Below, piece after piece: positions 51,433 through 64,000 of a stretch of 64,000 nt of DNA. This stretch comes from Lama glama (Eukaryota): assembly GCA_028534125.1 (NCBI GenBank), contig CM052818.1, forward strand, positions 32,118,001-32,182,000, given 5' to 3'. Each line of letters opens with the position of its first letter. The stretch's first letter is position 1. A model generated the notes under the pieces. That model saw only the letters and a list, made by a program, of their open reading frames with translations, did not search any database and had not been told where the DNA came from. Both the position numbers and the translations under genes were made by a program.

Positions 51433-53544
51433 GTTTAGCTGAAGGTGGAAGAAAGTAAAGGTTGTGCAGTGACTCAGAGCCCAGCATGGGCCATGCCTGC
51501 AGTTATCTGGTCCACCATAGCACTCCCTCCCCCAAGTAGGGTTGCTGGGAACTTTGCTTTGGGGCTGGTTTTGTTCTATTGGTTGTGATGCTGTTGTGTC
51601 TTTTTCTAAGGCTGCCTTGCCACATGCATCACAGGCATAGCATCTAATTTCTTGTTTTCCTGGGAAGAACTCAGAGAAGCTTGGCAAATGCCATAGTGAG
51701 AGCCTTAAGAGAAAGTATATCAGAACAGAAGTTTTCAATCACTTTGCCCTCAGCAGGCAGGACCCCCTTCCCTGTACCTCTATAATAAAACAAGAGGCAC
51801 AGGGGTCCTGTCAGATCAAACCCTGGAAGAACCATGGGAAAATCAAGTTATAGCAGCACAAACACACCAAAAAGTAAAGCAACAACTGAAAATGACAAGA
51901 ATAGCTCAACCTGTCTTTTGACTCAGACCAGAGCTCTAGATGTCATCTCCCTTCTTGGGGCCTCTGGTTCATCACTGATGATGATCTCGGTGGATAAACT
52001 GAGCTCTTCCATTCTAGGACTCTGCAAATATGGGTGCTTTTTATTATTTTCATTTATTTCTTAGGAGAGATATAGAGAAAGAAAAAAAGTGAATGGATTG
52101 AACAACCTACTGTGAGGCATCCCCCAGATGACCTTGGTAGCAACAGGATATCTTGGAGGAGGGGGGCATTTTGCCACATGGTCTCAAAAGAGCTAGAAAG
52201 CAGTGGTCTTTCCCTTGTCTAGGGATGAGAAGTGGTGGTGGAGAGCCTCCATGCCAGGCACAGGGCTAGGTGTTCTGTGCTCACTCATTTTTGTTGAAAC
52301 ACTCATTTGACAGTGTCTGCTCCTCTGTTGATTTGATTTTGTTTTGATTTTGATAGTTAAAAAGATAACATAGGTAAGAGAAAGTGCCTGTCACCTACTC
52401 GAGATTGGCCTTTGAGAGTCCAAGTCCAGAATTCAGAAGGATTATTCCCTGGGAAAAGGTGTATTATCCCCAGGGATGGGGAGGGCAGCTCTTCACATCA
52501 GAAAGAGACTATTGATTTGTATATTACAAAATCATCAATTGTCCTACCTCTTCCTGATGTGTCATTCAGCCTCTGCCATGTCTGTCTGTAGAATTTTGCT
52601 AATTTCACAGGGGAAGGAGCCATGATCCATGAGCAGTGTCACTGTGGAAGGGGAAATACTCGGTTTTGAAAATTGTCCTAGTTGCAAAATTAGTTAGAAG
52701 GACCAGATATTCCTGAGTTTTTCTGGTACTTCCGTGGAGCTTCTCTTAACTGCAATATCAATTTTCCATCCTCCTTGAGTCAGAAAAGAGTGATATTTTC
52801 TGAATAGTAATCAGTGTCTCCCTTCCATCTTGTAATCCAAGTTACCTCATTGCAAAAAACTGAAAAAGTTTATATGATAAACCATATGTAAATGCACCCT
52901 ACCTAGGCATCTAGCACAGAATGAGTATTTGATATACGTAAATTGAATCTGATATGAATTGTCTTTGAAGAGAGATGTAGGTAATTAATTGCGGGGAAGC
53001 AAATACTTTCTACCATGTTCTAGGCCCTCTGCCAGTACAGAGGAGTCAAACATGGCTACTGCCCTTTGAGAGGCCATGTTTTTTTGAGCAAAGCAATGTA
53101 AGGATCAGCTTCAGTTCACACATGGAGTTTAAACAGCCTGTCCAGGCAGGGGATGTGATTTGCATTTGATCTTATCTTTGGGAACCAAGTCATTTCCCCA
53201 AATCGAAGGTACCTTACCCAGTATGGACTAGCCCTTTCAGATCTGCTAAGCCTTTGAGTATAGACATTTTGCCCCAAACTTTGGTCACTACTCCAACTTG
53301 ATAGAAGGGGCTAATACTTAAGAAATAAGTTAGAACAAAAAGAAATCCTTTTCTCTGCCCACAATCCCTCCATTCTTGTAAATTTGGTCTACATTCACTC
53401 TGATGAGCATTTTGTGAAGCTCTATACTCAAATATTAAAATTTTACAGATGAAAAATTTCAGAAATCTAGTTCTCACCCCCCTCCTTTCCTCTTCCCTCT
53501 CCTCTTTCCAATTGTTCTGCTATTGAGCTAATGCACTGTGATGG

Positions 53545-53960
53545 TTGCGTTACTAGGAGTGTAATAACCTTATCAAGGAATGAAACTGTCCTACTGTACT
53601 CAGCTCTGGGCAGACACCATCTGGAGGATGAGCATTTGGAGTTTCCACATTTTAAAGAGGAAACTGACAAACTCATACTGAGAGAAGGTTACAGGCCTGG
53701 AGAGGAGGCTGCACCTAATCAAAGAACTGGAGGTGTATAGTGTGAAACAGGGAACACCTAGAGATCCTGATAATTGTTTTCAAATCGTGGAAAGACCGTT
53801 GTGTGGGGAGAGGGTGGACTTACTCAGTCCTGTCCAGATGGCAGGATAGGACCCATAAGTGGACGTTAGAGAGCAGCAGGTTTGAGCTTGGACTAAGACA
53901 CATCTCACAATTAAAGCTTGTCCAACACAGAAGGATCTGTCTCACAAGCTGCAGGCAGCA
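53545..53960 (+). mobile_element. L3/CR1 LINE fragment (ORF2 C-terminal remnant)
   Basis: Translation VLLYSALGRHHLE...PHFKEETDKL matches the CR1 motif LPLYSALVRPHLE...PHFKKDIDKL. Confidence 0.75.
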
Positions 53961-54149
53961 TCCTCCTCGAGGTTCTCCAGCAGAAGTCGGATGGCTGCCA
54001 GGGAGAGCAGAGGGGGATCCCTGCCCTGTCTGGGAGGAGGATTGCAAAGTTCATGTGCCCTGTGGGAGTCTGTTGTTCCTCCTTGTCCATGTCTTCCTCC
54101 TCCTCTTTCTGTTAATCCTAAATCGATTATTAAGTGCTTGCTGAGCAAG

Positions 54150-54323
54150 GTGACTCTCGTGTTAGCCTATGTTAGAGTCACTTTGAAAACCTTTCCAATA
54201 GCATTACCATGACCCAACCTCAGACTGGTTAAATCAAAATATCTGGGGATGCAGTCCAGGCATCCACATGTGTTTATAGTCCTCCAGGTAATTTTAATGG
54301 GAAGCCTGAGTTGGGAACCACTG
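54150..54323. mobile_element. MER5A-like MITE
   Basis: ttagagtcac...aaatcaaaatatctggggatg...ctccaggtaattttaatg...gttgggaaccactg. Confidence 0.75.
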
Positions 54324-54887
54324 GCCCAGATAAAAAGAGAATGGTAATAACCCTGCTTCACTCCCAGCCCCACGCCAGGCCACTAACATTTACCCATTTA
54401 ACATACTGTTTCATACTATTTTTTAAAATAAAGTTTAGTTTTGTCTCAATGTGTTAGTAGCATTTAAGCTTAGATCCTCCTAAGTGGTTTTAGTAGCTTA
54501 TATTCTTATTTTAGCAGATAACACTGGCATTGAGAGAGATAGTGTATGTGGCTGTGTGGATGTAAATGAACATGATCCATTTTCAGACATGATGGATGCC
54601 CTGCTGACACTGAACTTGGTTTCCCCTTAAGCTCCTGTGCCTCAACTGGCCAAGGGCCACACCTTCTTCCATGCCCAGCCCAACACTCCTCTTCCAATCA
54701 CCAGGGTGCTGCTGTGTAGTCAGTCACCTAATAGCTGTAATCCAGGCAACTCCCCCTTATTTTAAGGTCTTTTGAAGGATGCAAGCACTCTGTTCCCATG
54801 TGGGGCTTGTGAGTCAGAAAGAAAGGAAGCACATTCTCTGAAATTGAATAGAGCTGTGGAGCAGTGGAGCTGTGCTTAGTTCTAAAG

Positions 54888-55801
54888 TTGTGCTGTCCAA
54901 TAGAAATATAATGCAAGAAACATGTGCAATTTGAAATCTTTTAGTAGCCACATTAAACAAGTAAAAATAGGTGAAATTAATTTTACTACATTTTATTTAC
55001 CTAATATATCTAAAACATGATTTCAACATGTCAATGATGTAAAAATTATTACATCAAAAATTACTTTGGAAACCATTACATATTAATGAGATATTGGGTA
55101 TAATTTACATATTACAGAATATTCTCATTTTAGGTGTAAGATTCAGTGATTTTTCCATAATTTACAGTTGTGCAACCATCACCACTGTCTAGCTTTAAAA
55201 CAATTCCATCGCCCTCCAAAAAGCATTCAGCCTATTTGTAGTCATTCTTAGTTCCCCAAGCAACCACTAATCTAGTTCCTGTCTCTACAGCTTTAAAGGT
55301 GGTCATAAAATATGTCTTCTGTGTTTAGCTTCTTTTATTTAACATACTGTTTTCAACATCCATTCATGTTGTAGCAGTATCAGTACTTTGTTCCTTTTTA
55401 GTTGCTGAATAGTATTCCACTATAAAGATATGCCACATTTTGTTTATCCATTCACCAGTTAATAGACATCTGATCTGCTTCTAGCCTTTGACTATTACAT
55501 ATGAATAAAACTACTATGAATATTCACATACAAATATTTGTGTAGACAAATGTTTTCATTTTTCTTGCGTAGGTACCTACGCAAGAAATGGAATTGCTAG
55601 GTATACATTAACTCTGTGTTTAACATTTTAAGAAACTTCAAGACTGCTTACCAAATAACGAGATATTTTACATTTTTTAAAATAAGGTCTTCAAAATCTG
55701 CTGTGTATATTGTACTTATAACACATTTCAGTTTGGACTAACTGCATTTCAAAAACTCAATAGCCATGTAGGGCATGGGGCTACTGTATTGGACAGTACA
55801 G
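54888..55801. mobile_element. MER33 hAT-Charlie element, split by an L1
   Basis: gtgctgtccaatagaaatataatgc...tagtagccacattaa...; ...ctcaatagccatgt...ctactgtattggacagtacag. Inverted termini ctgtccaata / tattggacag. Confidence 0.88.
55096..55655 (-). mobile_element. L1MB-like 3' end inserted in MER33
   Basis: gttgtgcaaccatcaccac, caaccactaatcta, gctgaatagtattcc, ggaattgctagg. TSD taatgagatatt (55084-55095) / taacgagatatt (55656-55667). Confidence 0.85.
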
Positions 55802-56749
55802 ATCAAAAGTGTCTCTTCCCAGACAGACATCCTATTTGAATCCCAGGCCAGGCCAGAACACACACAAACACACACGCATGTATGTGCATGTCTAAACACA
55901 CACATATATGCTTACCATAAACTTATACACAGCAGTTCTACTCTCATTGCTCTTTGTTTATGATTTATTCATTTGCCTTTGCCAAATGTTGCAATAATTA
56001 GTTGTACTAAATAAATATGCTTTACAATAATTTATCCATGGCTTGCTGAGATACATTTCTCATGGGACCGAAGGTGATAAATTAACAAAAGTATATCTCC
56101 CCAAATGAAGATTTAGAACCTCATTAAGGGTTGATGGCACATATGCAGAATATGAAGAGACAATGAAAATTAGGAAGCTGAACATATTACAAGTTCTGTC
56201 ATAATTCTGGAAATCTCTAGTATTTGTCAGTGGTGACAAGTGTTTAGCCAGTGAGCCTCTTTTGGCAGGAGTTTGGGACTACTTCTCTTACTTACTCTGT
56301 CATTCCTACCTGGTTATCCAAGGTCCTGAGATGTTTGGTCTCTTGGCTCTTTGAATTCCTAACAAATAGCCTTGGATGTAGTTCTGAATCTTTAAAAAAC
56401 CACCTACCAAGTAAGGGTCCCAAGGCCATCAGATGGGTCCCCTTTCAAAACACTGATTTCTGGAAAGGCTGTTGAAGTTCAGTTTGGGGTTATCTATACC
56501 ACTTAAGGTGGCTAAGCTAACATCCTTTGAACTTTTCAGGAACTGTCTTTGTTTCAGGTCTGGGTAGACCTGTCAGAATCTTTCAAAGTGTATCAGGTAC
56601 TGGATGCATATTGACCAGAAAGATAGGTTTTGCACCTGTGTGTGTATATGTTAGTGTTTATGGACAGAAAATTCTAGGCTACACTCTTAAATTTTTCAAA
56701 TTTGATTATAGCAATTAATGGATTATTTCACATTTCTAAACCTAAATTC

Positions 56750-57305
56750 CCTGTCAGTTTAATTCAGGAGTCACTTATGGGTATCTTCTATTGCCAAGAC
56801 TAGGATAAATGCTGGGGAGAATGAGTGAATAAATGAATAGATGAATGCTGAATGAATAAATTGTCATGTATACCCTTGGGGAGAATATAGACTAGCTGGA
56901 AACATAGGCACACAGGGAACTAAATTTTGGAAAATATACACAAAGTTATGGGTGTAGGAAAGGGAGATAAGACTAACTTTGCCTGAGGAAGTTGGAAAAG
57001 GCATACCAAAAGGGCAACCTTTGAATGGGCGTTGAAGGGTGAGTAGGAGGTTTCTAGGTTGAGAAGGGGAGGAAAGGCAGAGAAGATGGTCTGTGCAAAG
57101 GTTTGGTGGCATGGAGGAGAATGGCCAAGGATAGCAGTGCCCAACTCTGTGGATTAGGGATCAGGTCACAGAATGAACTGCAGGACCTGAGGGCAGGGAG
57201 GTGTAAGGGGACCATGTTGGGTCAGGCTGAAGAGTTTGGGCTTTATTCTATAGGCAAAATTAAGAGTAAAAAGGACTCCTGTGAAAGGCAGGATGAATTC
57301 ATTTA
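56750..57305 (-). mobile_element. L2 fragment
   Basis: tttgaatgggcgttgaagggtgagtaggag...gtgcaaagg...aggctgaagagtttgggctttattctataggcaa. Confidence 0.65.
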
Positions 57306-57998
57306 GCCAAGAATTAACCCTAAGATAAGTAAAAATGTGTCATTGTGAAATTAAAAATGTTCAAGTCTAGGAGTCCTTCCAAGTCTAAAGTTCTCTGGTT
57401 CTGTGAATGATCTGAAGCATTATAACACATACATAAACAGAATAACATGTTTGAAAATGAAGAAGAGATAGGCCTGTGATTAAGGATGATCATGTAATGT
57501 TTATAGAAGCCAGAAAGAAGGAAGAACTTTTCAGGTCAGATTTGTTTGGCATCAGTTGTTTCTAGCAACCAGAAGTTTTTGAAACCCAAGAACTCAAACA
57601 GGGGATGCAGTGCAGACATCATTATCCAGGGGTGGGAGGAGGAAAAAGATAGGATTTCATCTCTTAAAAGCACTATGGACTCTTGGCCCAGAGGACCCCT
57701 TTGCCAGAGCTTCAGACGAGCACATGTATGCAAGTCCAAGCTCCCTGAGTCAACTTGGAGGAGAGGGCACAGAAGACTGGACATATGCCTACATCCATCT
57801 TAACTCACAACCCAAGTCCCAGTGTCCATTGTTTTATAGCTCTTTGGCACCTATGGCCTATCTCTGCCTTTTGTTTTATTCTTGCATTTCCTTCCACTAT
57901 ACTGTGTGTTCCTTGAGGATGAGAATGGTATATATATATATACCCCTTAAGAGACATCCCCCACCCCACTCAATACAATGCTATATATAGTAGATCTT

Positions 57999-59398
57999 TT
58001 TTTAAAATTGAAGTATAGTTAGTTTTCAGTGTGTTAATTTCTGGTGTACAGTGTAGTGATTGAGTTATTTTGTGTATATATATATATATATTCCCTTTTA
58101 CTTTTTTATTATAGGTTATTATAAGATATTGAAAATAGTTCCCTGTGCTATACAGTAGGACCGTATTGTTTATTGATTTTATATATACTAATATATATCT
58201 GCAAATCCCGAACTCCCACTTTATCCCTCCACTTTTCCTTGCCCTTCTGGTAATTATAAGTAAACTAGTGTTTTCTATGTCTGTGAGTCTGTTTTTGTTT
58301 TGTACATGAGTTCATGTGTGTCATTAGATTCCACATATAAGTGATATCATATGGTATTTTTCTTTCTCCTTCTGGCCTACTTCATTAAATATGACAATCT
58401 CCAGGTCACTCCATGTTGCTGCATATGGCCTTACTTTATCCTTTTTTATGGCTGAGTAGCATTCCATTGTATGTATATACCAGAACTTCTTTATGCAGTC
58501 ATCTGTTGATAGACATTTAGGTTACTTCCATGTCTTGGCTGTTGTAAACAGTGCTCTTATGAACACTGCAGTGCATGTATCTTTTTGAATTAGAGTTTTC
58601 TCACAATATATGCCCAGGAGTGGGATTACTGAATCACAAAAGAGGCAAGAATATACAATGAAGAAAAGACAGCCTCTTTGGCAAGTGGTGTTGGCAAAGC
58701 TGGACAGTCGCATGTAAATCAGTGAAGTTAGAACACTCCTTCACACTATACACAAAAATAAACTCAAAATGGCTTGAAGACTTAAACAGAAGACAAGACA
58801 CTATAAACCTCCTAGAAGAAAGCATAGGCAAAACATTCTCTGACATAAATCTTAGCAATGTTCTCCTAGGGCATTCTACCAAGGCAATAGAAATAAAAGC
58901 AAAAATAAACAAATAAACTAAACTTATAAGCTTTTGCACAGCAAAGAAACCATAAGCAAAATGAAAAGACATTCACTACAGAGTGGGAGAAAATATTTGC
59001 AAATGATGCAACTGACAAGGGCTTGATATCCAGAAGATGCAAACAGCTCACACAACTCAATACCCAAAAAAAAAAAAAACCCACAAATAACCCAATCCAA
59101 AAAGGGCAAAAGACCTAAACAAACATTTCTCCAGTGAAGACATATAGATGGCCAATAGGCACATGAAAAAATGCTCAGTATCGCTAATAATTAGAGAAAT
59201 GCAAGTCAAAACTACAATGAGGTATCACCTCACACCAGTCAGAATGGCCTCTGTTAAAAAGTCCACAAACAATAAATGCTGGAGAGGGTGTGGAGAAAAG
59301 GGAACCCCCCTACAGTGCTGGTGGGAATGTCATTTGGTGCAACCATTATGGAAAACAGTATGGAGATTCCTTAAAAAACTAAAAATAGACTTACCATA
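57999..59398 (-). mobile_element. Young L1 with a 5' inversion (57999-~58635 minus; ~58636-59398 plus)
   Basis: Poly-T and antisense 3' UTR, then sense ORF2 C-terminus ([11 protein letters not shown]...[10 protein letters not shown]...CWWEC...LKKLKIDLP). TSD agatctt at 57992-57998 and 59399-59405. Confidence 0.93.
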
Positions 59399-60629
59399 AG
59401 ATCTTAAAATCTGTTTTGTACCTATCAATGGGTGTTTGAGATGAAGGAGAATGCTTTCATTTGAGAACCCTTGGTCAGTTTTGTCTAGCACCCATCTGTT
59501 AAAGGGCCAAAGTAAAGGATGCTGACCTACCTCTACTACCCATCCCCAATCTACCAACCCGCTGAAACATCCCTCTTGCTGAATGCCCAGGATCTGAAAT
59601 CAGTAAGCTCTGAGCCACAAGCCCTGAGGATCTGCTTGGAATTATTTCAAAAGTAGTTCCCCAAGAGAGTGTCAGTATCCTTGGCTGGATAGGAAATACC
59701 TACATTTCTCATGATTTGGTTCCTGAAAACCAAGCACTTTCAATGTCTTAATGTTTTCAAATGAGCTATTTGATGATCTGCTTTAGGCTACTTACAAGCA
59801 GAATTTAGAGGTTATTTTTCAATTTCAGGGTGCTGCTTAGTTCCCTTATTCTTTTCTTTTTTTCCATTAAAAATGGTCGAGTTTGCTTTTTTTCAGCCAT
59901 CAATCAGACAGTGAACATCTAGCTATCTAGGACTTACATAGAACCTTGAAACCAAAGTTTACGTGATTTTGTTATACATTTGTATGATAAATGTTCCTAT
60001 CCATGGAATAGACCACATGCTGTATGAAATACTGTCAAGTAATAAAACTGAAACATTTGTAAAGATATTTCTGATTTAACCAGTTAGTATTAAAAGAAGG
60101 AAGAAATCAAAATGTGGAAATGTAATTTAATACAAGTTGTCTGGAAGAGAGATACTTATAACAGGCTAAACTGTGTAAATGTATATATTCCAAATGAAGG
60201 CTCACTCACGTCCCTTGAGGCCTAGTAACAAGCTTCCAGAAACCTAGGAAATATCATCAGTATAAACCTGTGCAGGTAGAATATTGATCAGAAAACTCTG
60301 AGTTGAATGTAACTTCATTCAACTTCAAGGTTTAAATGAAACCTAGATAGTTCTCATAGACCCCATTAAAATTACTAACAAAACCTAAAACTTCTTGATA
60401 ATAACTTCCATTTAAAGTAGAGTGAACCCATGAAATCACAGTGGCTGCCTTTCTAATGCCTTTCTCTGGCCCAGCTCCATTTAGGTCCCTGTATAATGAC
60501 TATGACCTTGAGAATGTGTCCCTACTGCATTTCTTATATCCCTCATAATTGAAAGTTGTCAACAACAACTTCAGTGCTCAGGATAGTCTTGTTAGTGATA
60601 GCAGTGATTGTGATGACAGTGATGAGAGT

Positions 60630-60860
60630 CAACAGTCACTGAGCTGCTGATGAACACCAGAGAGGATGCTAAGTGTTTTTACATGGTTTTCCTCTATGAA
60701 TCTTCACTGCAGGACTTTAAGAGGGTCCTGTCACTGTCCCTATTTTATAGATGCCTTAGGCTATTTACTTCATCCTACAGTAAGATTATACCACACATAA
60801 TGCAGAGCCAGGATTTGGCCCAGGTGGTCCGTGTGGGGCCATGACCACTCCAGGCTGCAG
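60630..60860 (-). mobile_element. MIR SINE
   Basis: 'gatgctaagtgttttacatgg...tgaatcttcac...ccctattttatagatg...gcagagccaggatttggcccagg'. Confidence 0.7.
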
Positions 60861-61949
60861 CATCTCCCAGGTTAGCTCCCATGTAACCAGTTGGGCCATT
60901 GCAGGTGCAGAACTCTGATGCTAAGTTCTCCTTTAGGCCAGTTTTGACCATCTCCTCCCTCAGTGGAGATGCAGCCACTAAGTATTCCAGTCCCTTTCTC
61001 TTTCCTCTTACATTATGATCCTTTAGCCTGGCTCTTAAGGCACTTTCTTTCTGCACAAACTTATACTTCTAACAGCCTGAAAAGACATTATTTCTTCCAT
61101 AACCGAATGTTTTTTTTTCTGTACCATTTTTGTTAATGTTTCACAATTACCCTTTTTCTTTAGCCCTAAACAACTGATTGATCTTCGTGTTTTTTTCTTC
61201 TGATTTTTGAAACTCAAAGCATTCTTGTTTTCCAAAGAAATTGAAAGTCTGCCCCTATTTATTTACTGTCATTACCTATGGCCATTAGAATGCAAGACAC
61301 AAGATACCAACTGCATTTTCAGACTCTCACAATCGGTGTCATTTCACCATCTGCTTCTTTAGCTGGTCTTTAGTTATAGAATTTCTGAATTGAAGTTAAT
61401 ATAAATCATATTCATTCGGTCCAAACCATGGGAGCAGGGAGGATTATTGGCCAATTATTGCTGCCAAAAAACCAAACCCGTTCTTGCCAGACCTTTTTTT
61501 TTCTCCCAGAGCACCTGAATCTACAGATATTTATGTGGTTGATGTTTCCTGACTTTTAAACATTGCCTACCATTCTAAATTTAAAAGCCAGTGTTGACCA
61601 AGACTGGAGCCAAGGGAAAGCCCACCCACAGACAATGGCCTCTAAGGACAGATGATTTGCAAACACTTTTCTAAACCTTCTTTTCCAGGCCTTGACTATT
61701 TAGATCTTGCAATTTAGATCTTACTTAAAATTTATGGCTTTTCTCTCTTGCTAGTTGCAATAGCTAAGGAAGTCTTAAAAAAGCTTAATTTACAATATAA
61801 ATTCAGTGACTTCACTTAGATTTTCTTTTTTTTTTCACTTAATGATTTCTATGAATATAATTATGCTTAAAAGTTCCATCCAAAGATCCATAAAGCAATT
61901 AGTATACCTTTAAATATAGTAATTATTTTTATCAAGTATTACTGAAATT

Positions 61950-62412
61950 AATACTAAGGAAAGCCATTATAGAACATTCAAGTTCATCAATATAGAAAAA
62001 TAAATTGGTAAACTTTACATATAAGATTTGAAAACATAAAAATTGTTCAAATTGTTAACATTAAAAACAAAATTAAATGGCAGACAACAAACAGGAGTAA
62101 TTTCTTTTAGCAAATATAACAGACAAAGGGTTAATAGCCTTGTTTGAAAGAGTTCTTACACAATCAACGAGGAAAACACCAAACTTCCTATAGATAACTA
62201 AACAAAAGAAATGAACAGACAATTTACAAAAGAGGACAAATAACTAATTAAAGAACATGGGGAAATGATTCAACCTCACTAGTAATTAAAGAAATGAAAA
62301 TTGAAACAACATTGTAATTCCCATTGCAGGCAAGAGTACAAAAAAAACAAAACAAAACAGTAACCTCCATGCATTGCTGATGGGCAAAATGGAAAATCTT
62401 GCTGGCAACCAA
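61950..62412 (+). mobile_element. Old L1 ORF2 3' fragment (L1ME-like)
   Basis: acagacaaagggttaatagcc...gaaatgaacagacaatttacaaaaga...caacctcactagtaattaaagaaatg. Confidence 0.7.
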
Positions 62413-62429
62413 TTAGTTAACATAAATTA

Positions 62430-62945
62430 AGAGTTCAGTTCTGTTTAAGTAGCTATTGAGCTCCTTCTGTGTGCTAGGCATTGATGTATGCCAATGACAA
62501 AGGCCTACCTTTACTCTTAATGAATGAGTGTGTCCTGTGTGGGAGACAGGCACAGGTAACTCCATCATTAGGAAGTAAGTGGCAGAGACGTCCACAGTGC
62601 TTGGCAAATGCAGGACTAAGACCATCGCTCAACCTGGAGAGTTCGGAAGGATTATTTGAAGAAATGACCCTGAGCTGAGTCTTAAAGGGTGATTAGAATG
62701 TAACTGAATGAAGAAGAGCAATGAGAAGGAAGAAAAGAAGGGAAGATAATCTCTGCAAAAGATAGAGCATGAACAAAGAGACATGGTATCTGCAGGAAGT
62801 TTGGAACTGCTGCAGCATCCAGTGTGGAGCAGGAGGCTGCAGAGGGAGCCTGGCCGGCCATAATTTGGTAGCTTAAACTTCAACCCAGAGGCAGCACAAG
62901 ATATAGAAGCAGAGAAGAGACACAATTAGACATGTATTTTTTAAA
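62430..62945 (-). mobile_element. L2 fragment
   Basis: tattgagctccttctgtgtgctaggcattg...gaagaaatgaccctgagctgagtcttaaagg. Confidence 0.65.
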
Positions 62946-62999
62946 TCCTGCATAAAAGTCACTGTGGTTTATTTTTCTAACTCAAAAAGTAACGGATGA

Positions 63000-63114
63000 G
63001 GGGAGGAGGGTATAGCTCAAATGGTGGAGCACATGCTTAGAATGCACGAGGTCCTGGGTTCTATCCCCAGTACCTCCTCAAAAACTGAATAAACCTAATT
63101 ACCTCCCCCACCAA
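63000..63114 (+). mobile_element. tRNA-Ala-derived SINE, camelid Vic-1-like
   Basis: ggggaggagggtatagctcaaatggtggagcacatgcttagaatgcacgaggtcctgggttctatccccagtacctcc with A and B boxes and an A-rich tail. 16-bp TSD aaaaagtaac(g/a)gatga at 62984-62999 and 63115-63130. Confidence 0.9.
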
Positions 63115-63130
63115 AAAAAGTAACAGATGA

Positions 63131-63992
63131 AAACAAACAACCCAATTAGAAACTGCGCAAAGGACTTGAATAGACACTTCTCCAAAGAAGATGTACAGAT
63201 GGCCAATAAACACATGAAATGATGCTCAATATCACTAGTCATTAAGGAAATGCAAATCATAACACAACGAATACCACTTTATACCCATTAATATGGCTAT
63301 TATTTTTTTAAAAGGAAAATAAAAAATGTTGCTAAGAATGTAGAGAAATTGAAATTGTTGCACATTGCCGAAGGGAATATAAAATGGTGTAATCACCATG
63401 GAAAACAGTTTGGCAATTCCTCAAAAGGTTAAACATAGAATTACCCTATGACCCAGCAGTTTCACTCCTAGGTATATACCCAAAAGAACTGAAAGGAGGG
63501 ACCCAAACAGATACTCGTATACCAGGGTCCATAACAACATTGCTTATAGTAGCCATCATTATTTATAACAGCCCAAATGTCCACCAACAGATGAACAGAT
63601 AGACAAAATGTGGTATATACACACAATGGAATATTATTCAGCCTTAAGAAGAAATGAAATTCTGACACATGGTACAACATGGATAAGCTTTGAAGAAATG
63701 CTAAATTAAATAAGCCAGTCATAAAAAGGCAAATACTGTATGATTCTACTTATATGAAGTACCTAGAGCAGTCAAATTCATACAGACAGAAAGTGGAATA
63801 GAGGTTACCAGGGGCTGCAGAAAGTGGGTAACGGGGAGATTGTTTGGGATGATGAAAAAGTTCTGGAATTGGATAGTTGTGATAGTTGAACAGCATTATG
63901 AGTGTACTTAATGCCAATGATTTGTACACTTACGGTTAAAATAGTAAGTTTCATGTTGGGTATATCTTACTGTAATAAAAAATATTGAAAAA
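63131..63992 (+). mobile_element. L1MB-like ORF2 end and 3' UTR
   Basis: gacttgaatagacacttctccaaagaagat, aacatagaattaccctatgacccagca, gtcaaattcatacagacagaaagt, gatgaaaaagttctggaatt, ending at aataaaaa. Confidence 0.9.
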
Positions 63993-64000
63993 GTAACATG

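Noticed and set aside
60301..60324. Hairpin agttgaatg-6 nt-cattcaact, and a similar 8-bp inverted repeat at 26244-26260
   Set aside because: Arms of 8-9 bp are expected by chance in 64 kb and are too short for a pre-miRNA.
63000..63078. Functional tRNA gene
   Set aside because: Mutated stems and anticodon loop, a SINE tail and a 16-bp TSD mark it as a retroposed copy.

Overview
Non-coding mammalian DNA, most likely from a camelid, judged from a tRNA-Ala-derived SINE at ~63.0 kb and the style of the young L1 3' UTRs. No host protein-coding exon, functional RNA gene or CRISPR array can be supported. The ORF track is chance ORFs plus decayed L1 ORF2 and CR1/L3 fragments. The window is a mosaic of repeats: L1 (two with clean twin-priming 5' inversions), L2, MIR, L3, MaLR and ERV1 LTRs, and hAT MITEs, several of them nested with readable target-site duplications (TSDs). 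Between them lie apparently repeat-free, motif-rich blocks that may be conserved enhancers (~15.2-15.7, 35.9-36.8, 39.8-41.1, 46.9-48.0, 59.8-59.95 and 61.3-61.5 kb). All six LTRs are on the minus strand, which suggests an intron of a plus-strand gene. I found no convincing new biological system. The most unusual local structures are a 43-bp hairpin-containing duplication with an apparently inverted-templated spacer (44014-44143) and a perfect 28-bp palindrome inside an old L1 (55561-55588). Repeat family names come from recalled consensus sequences, not a database search, and boundaries of old repeats are approximate.
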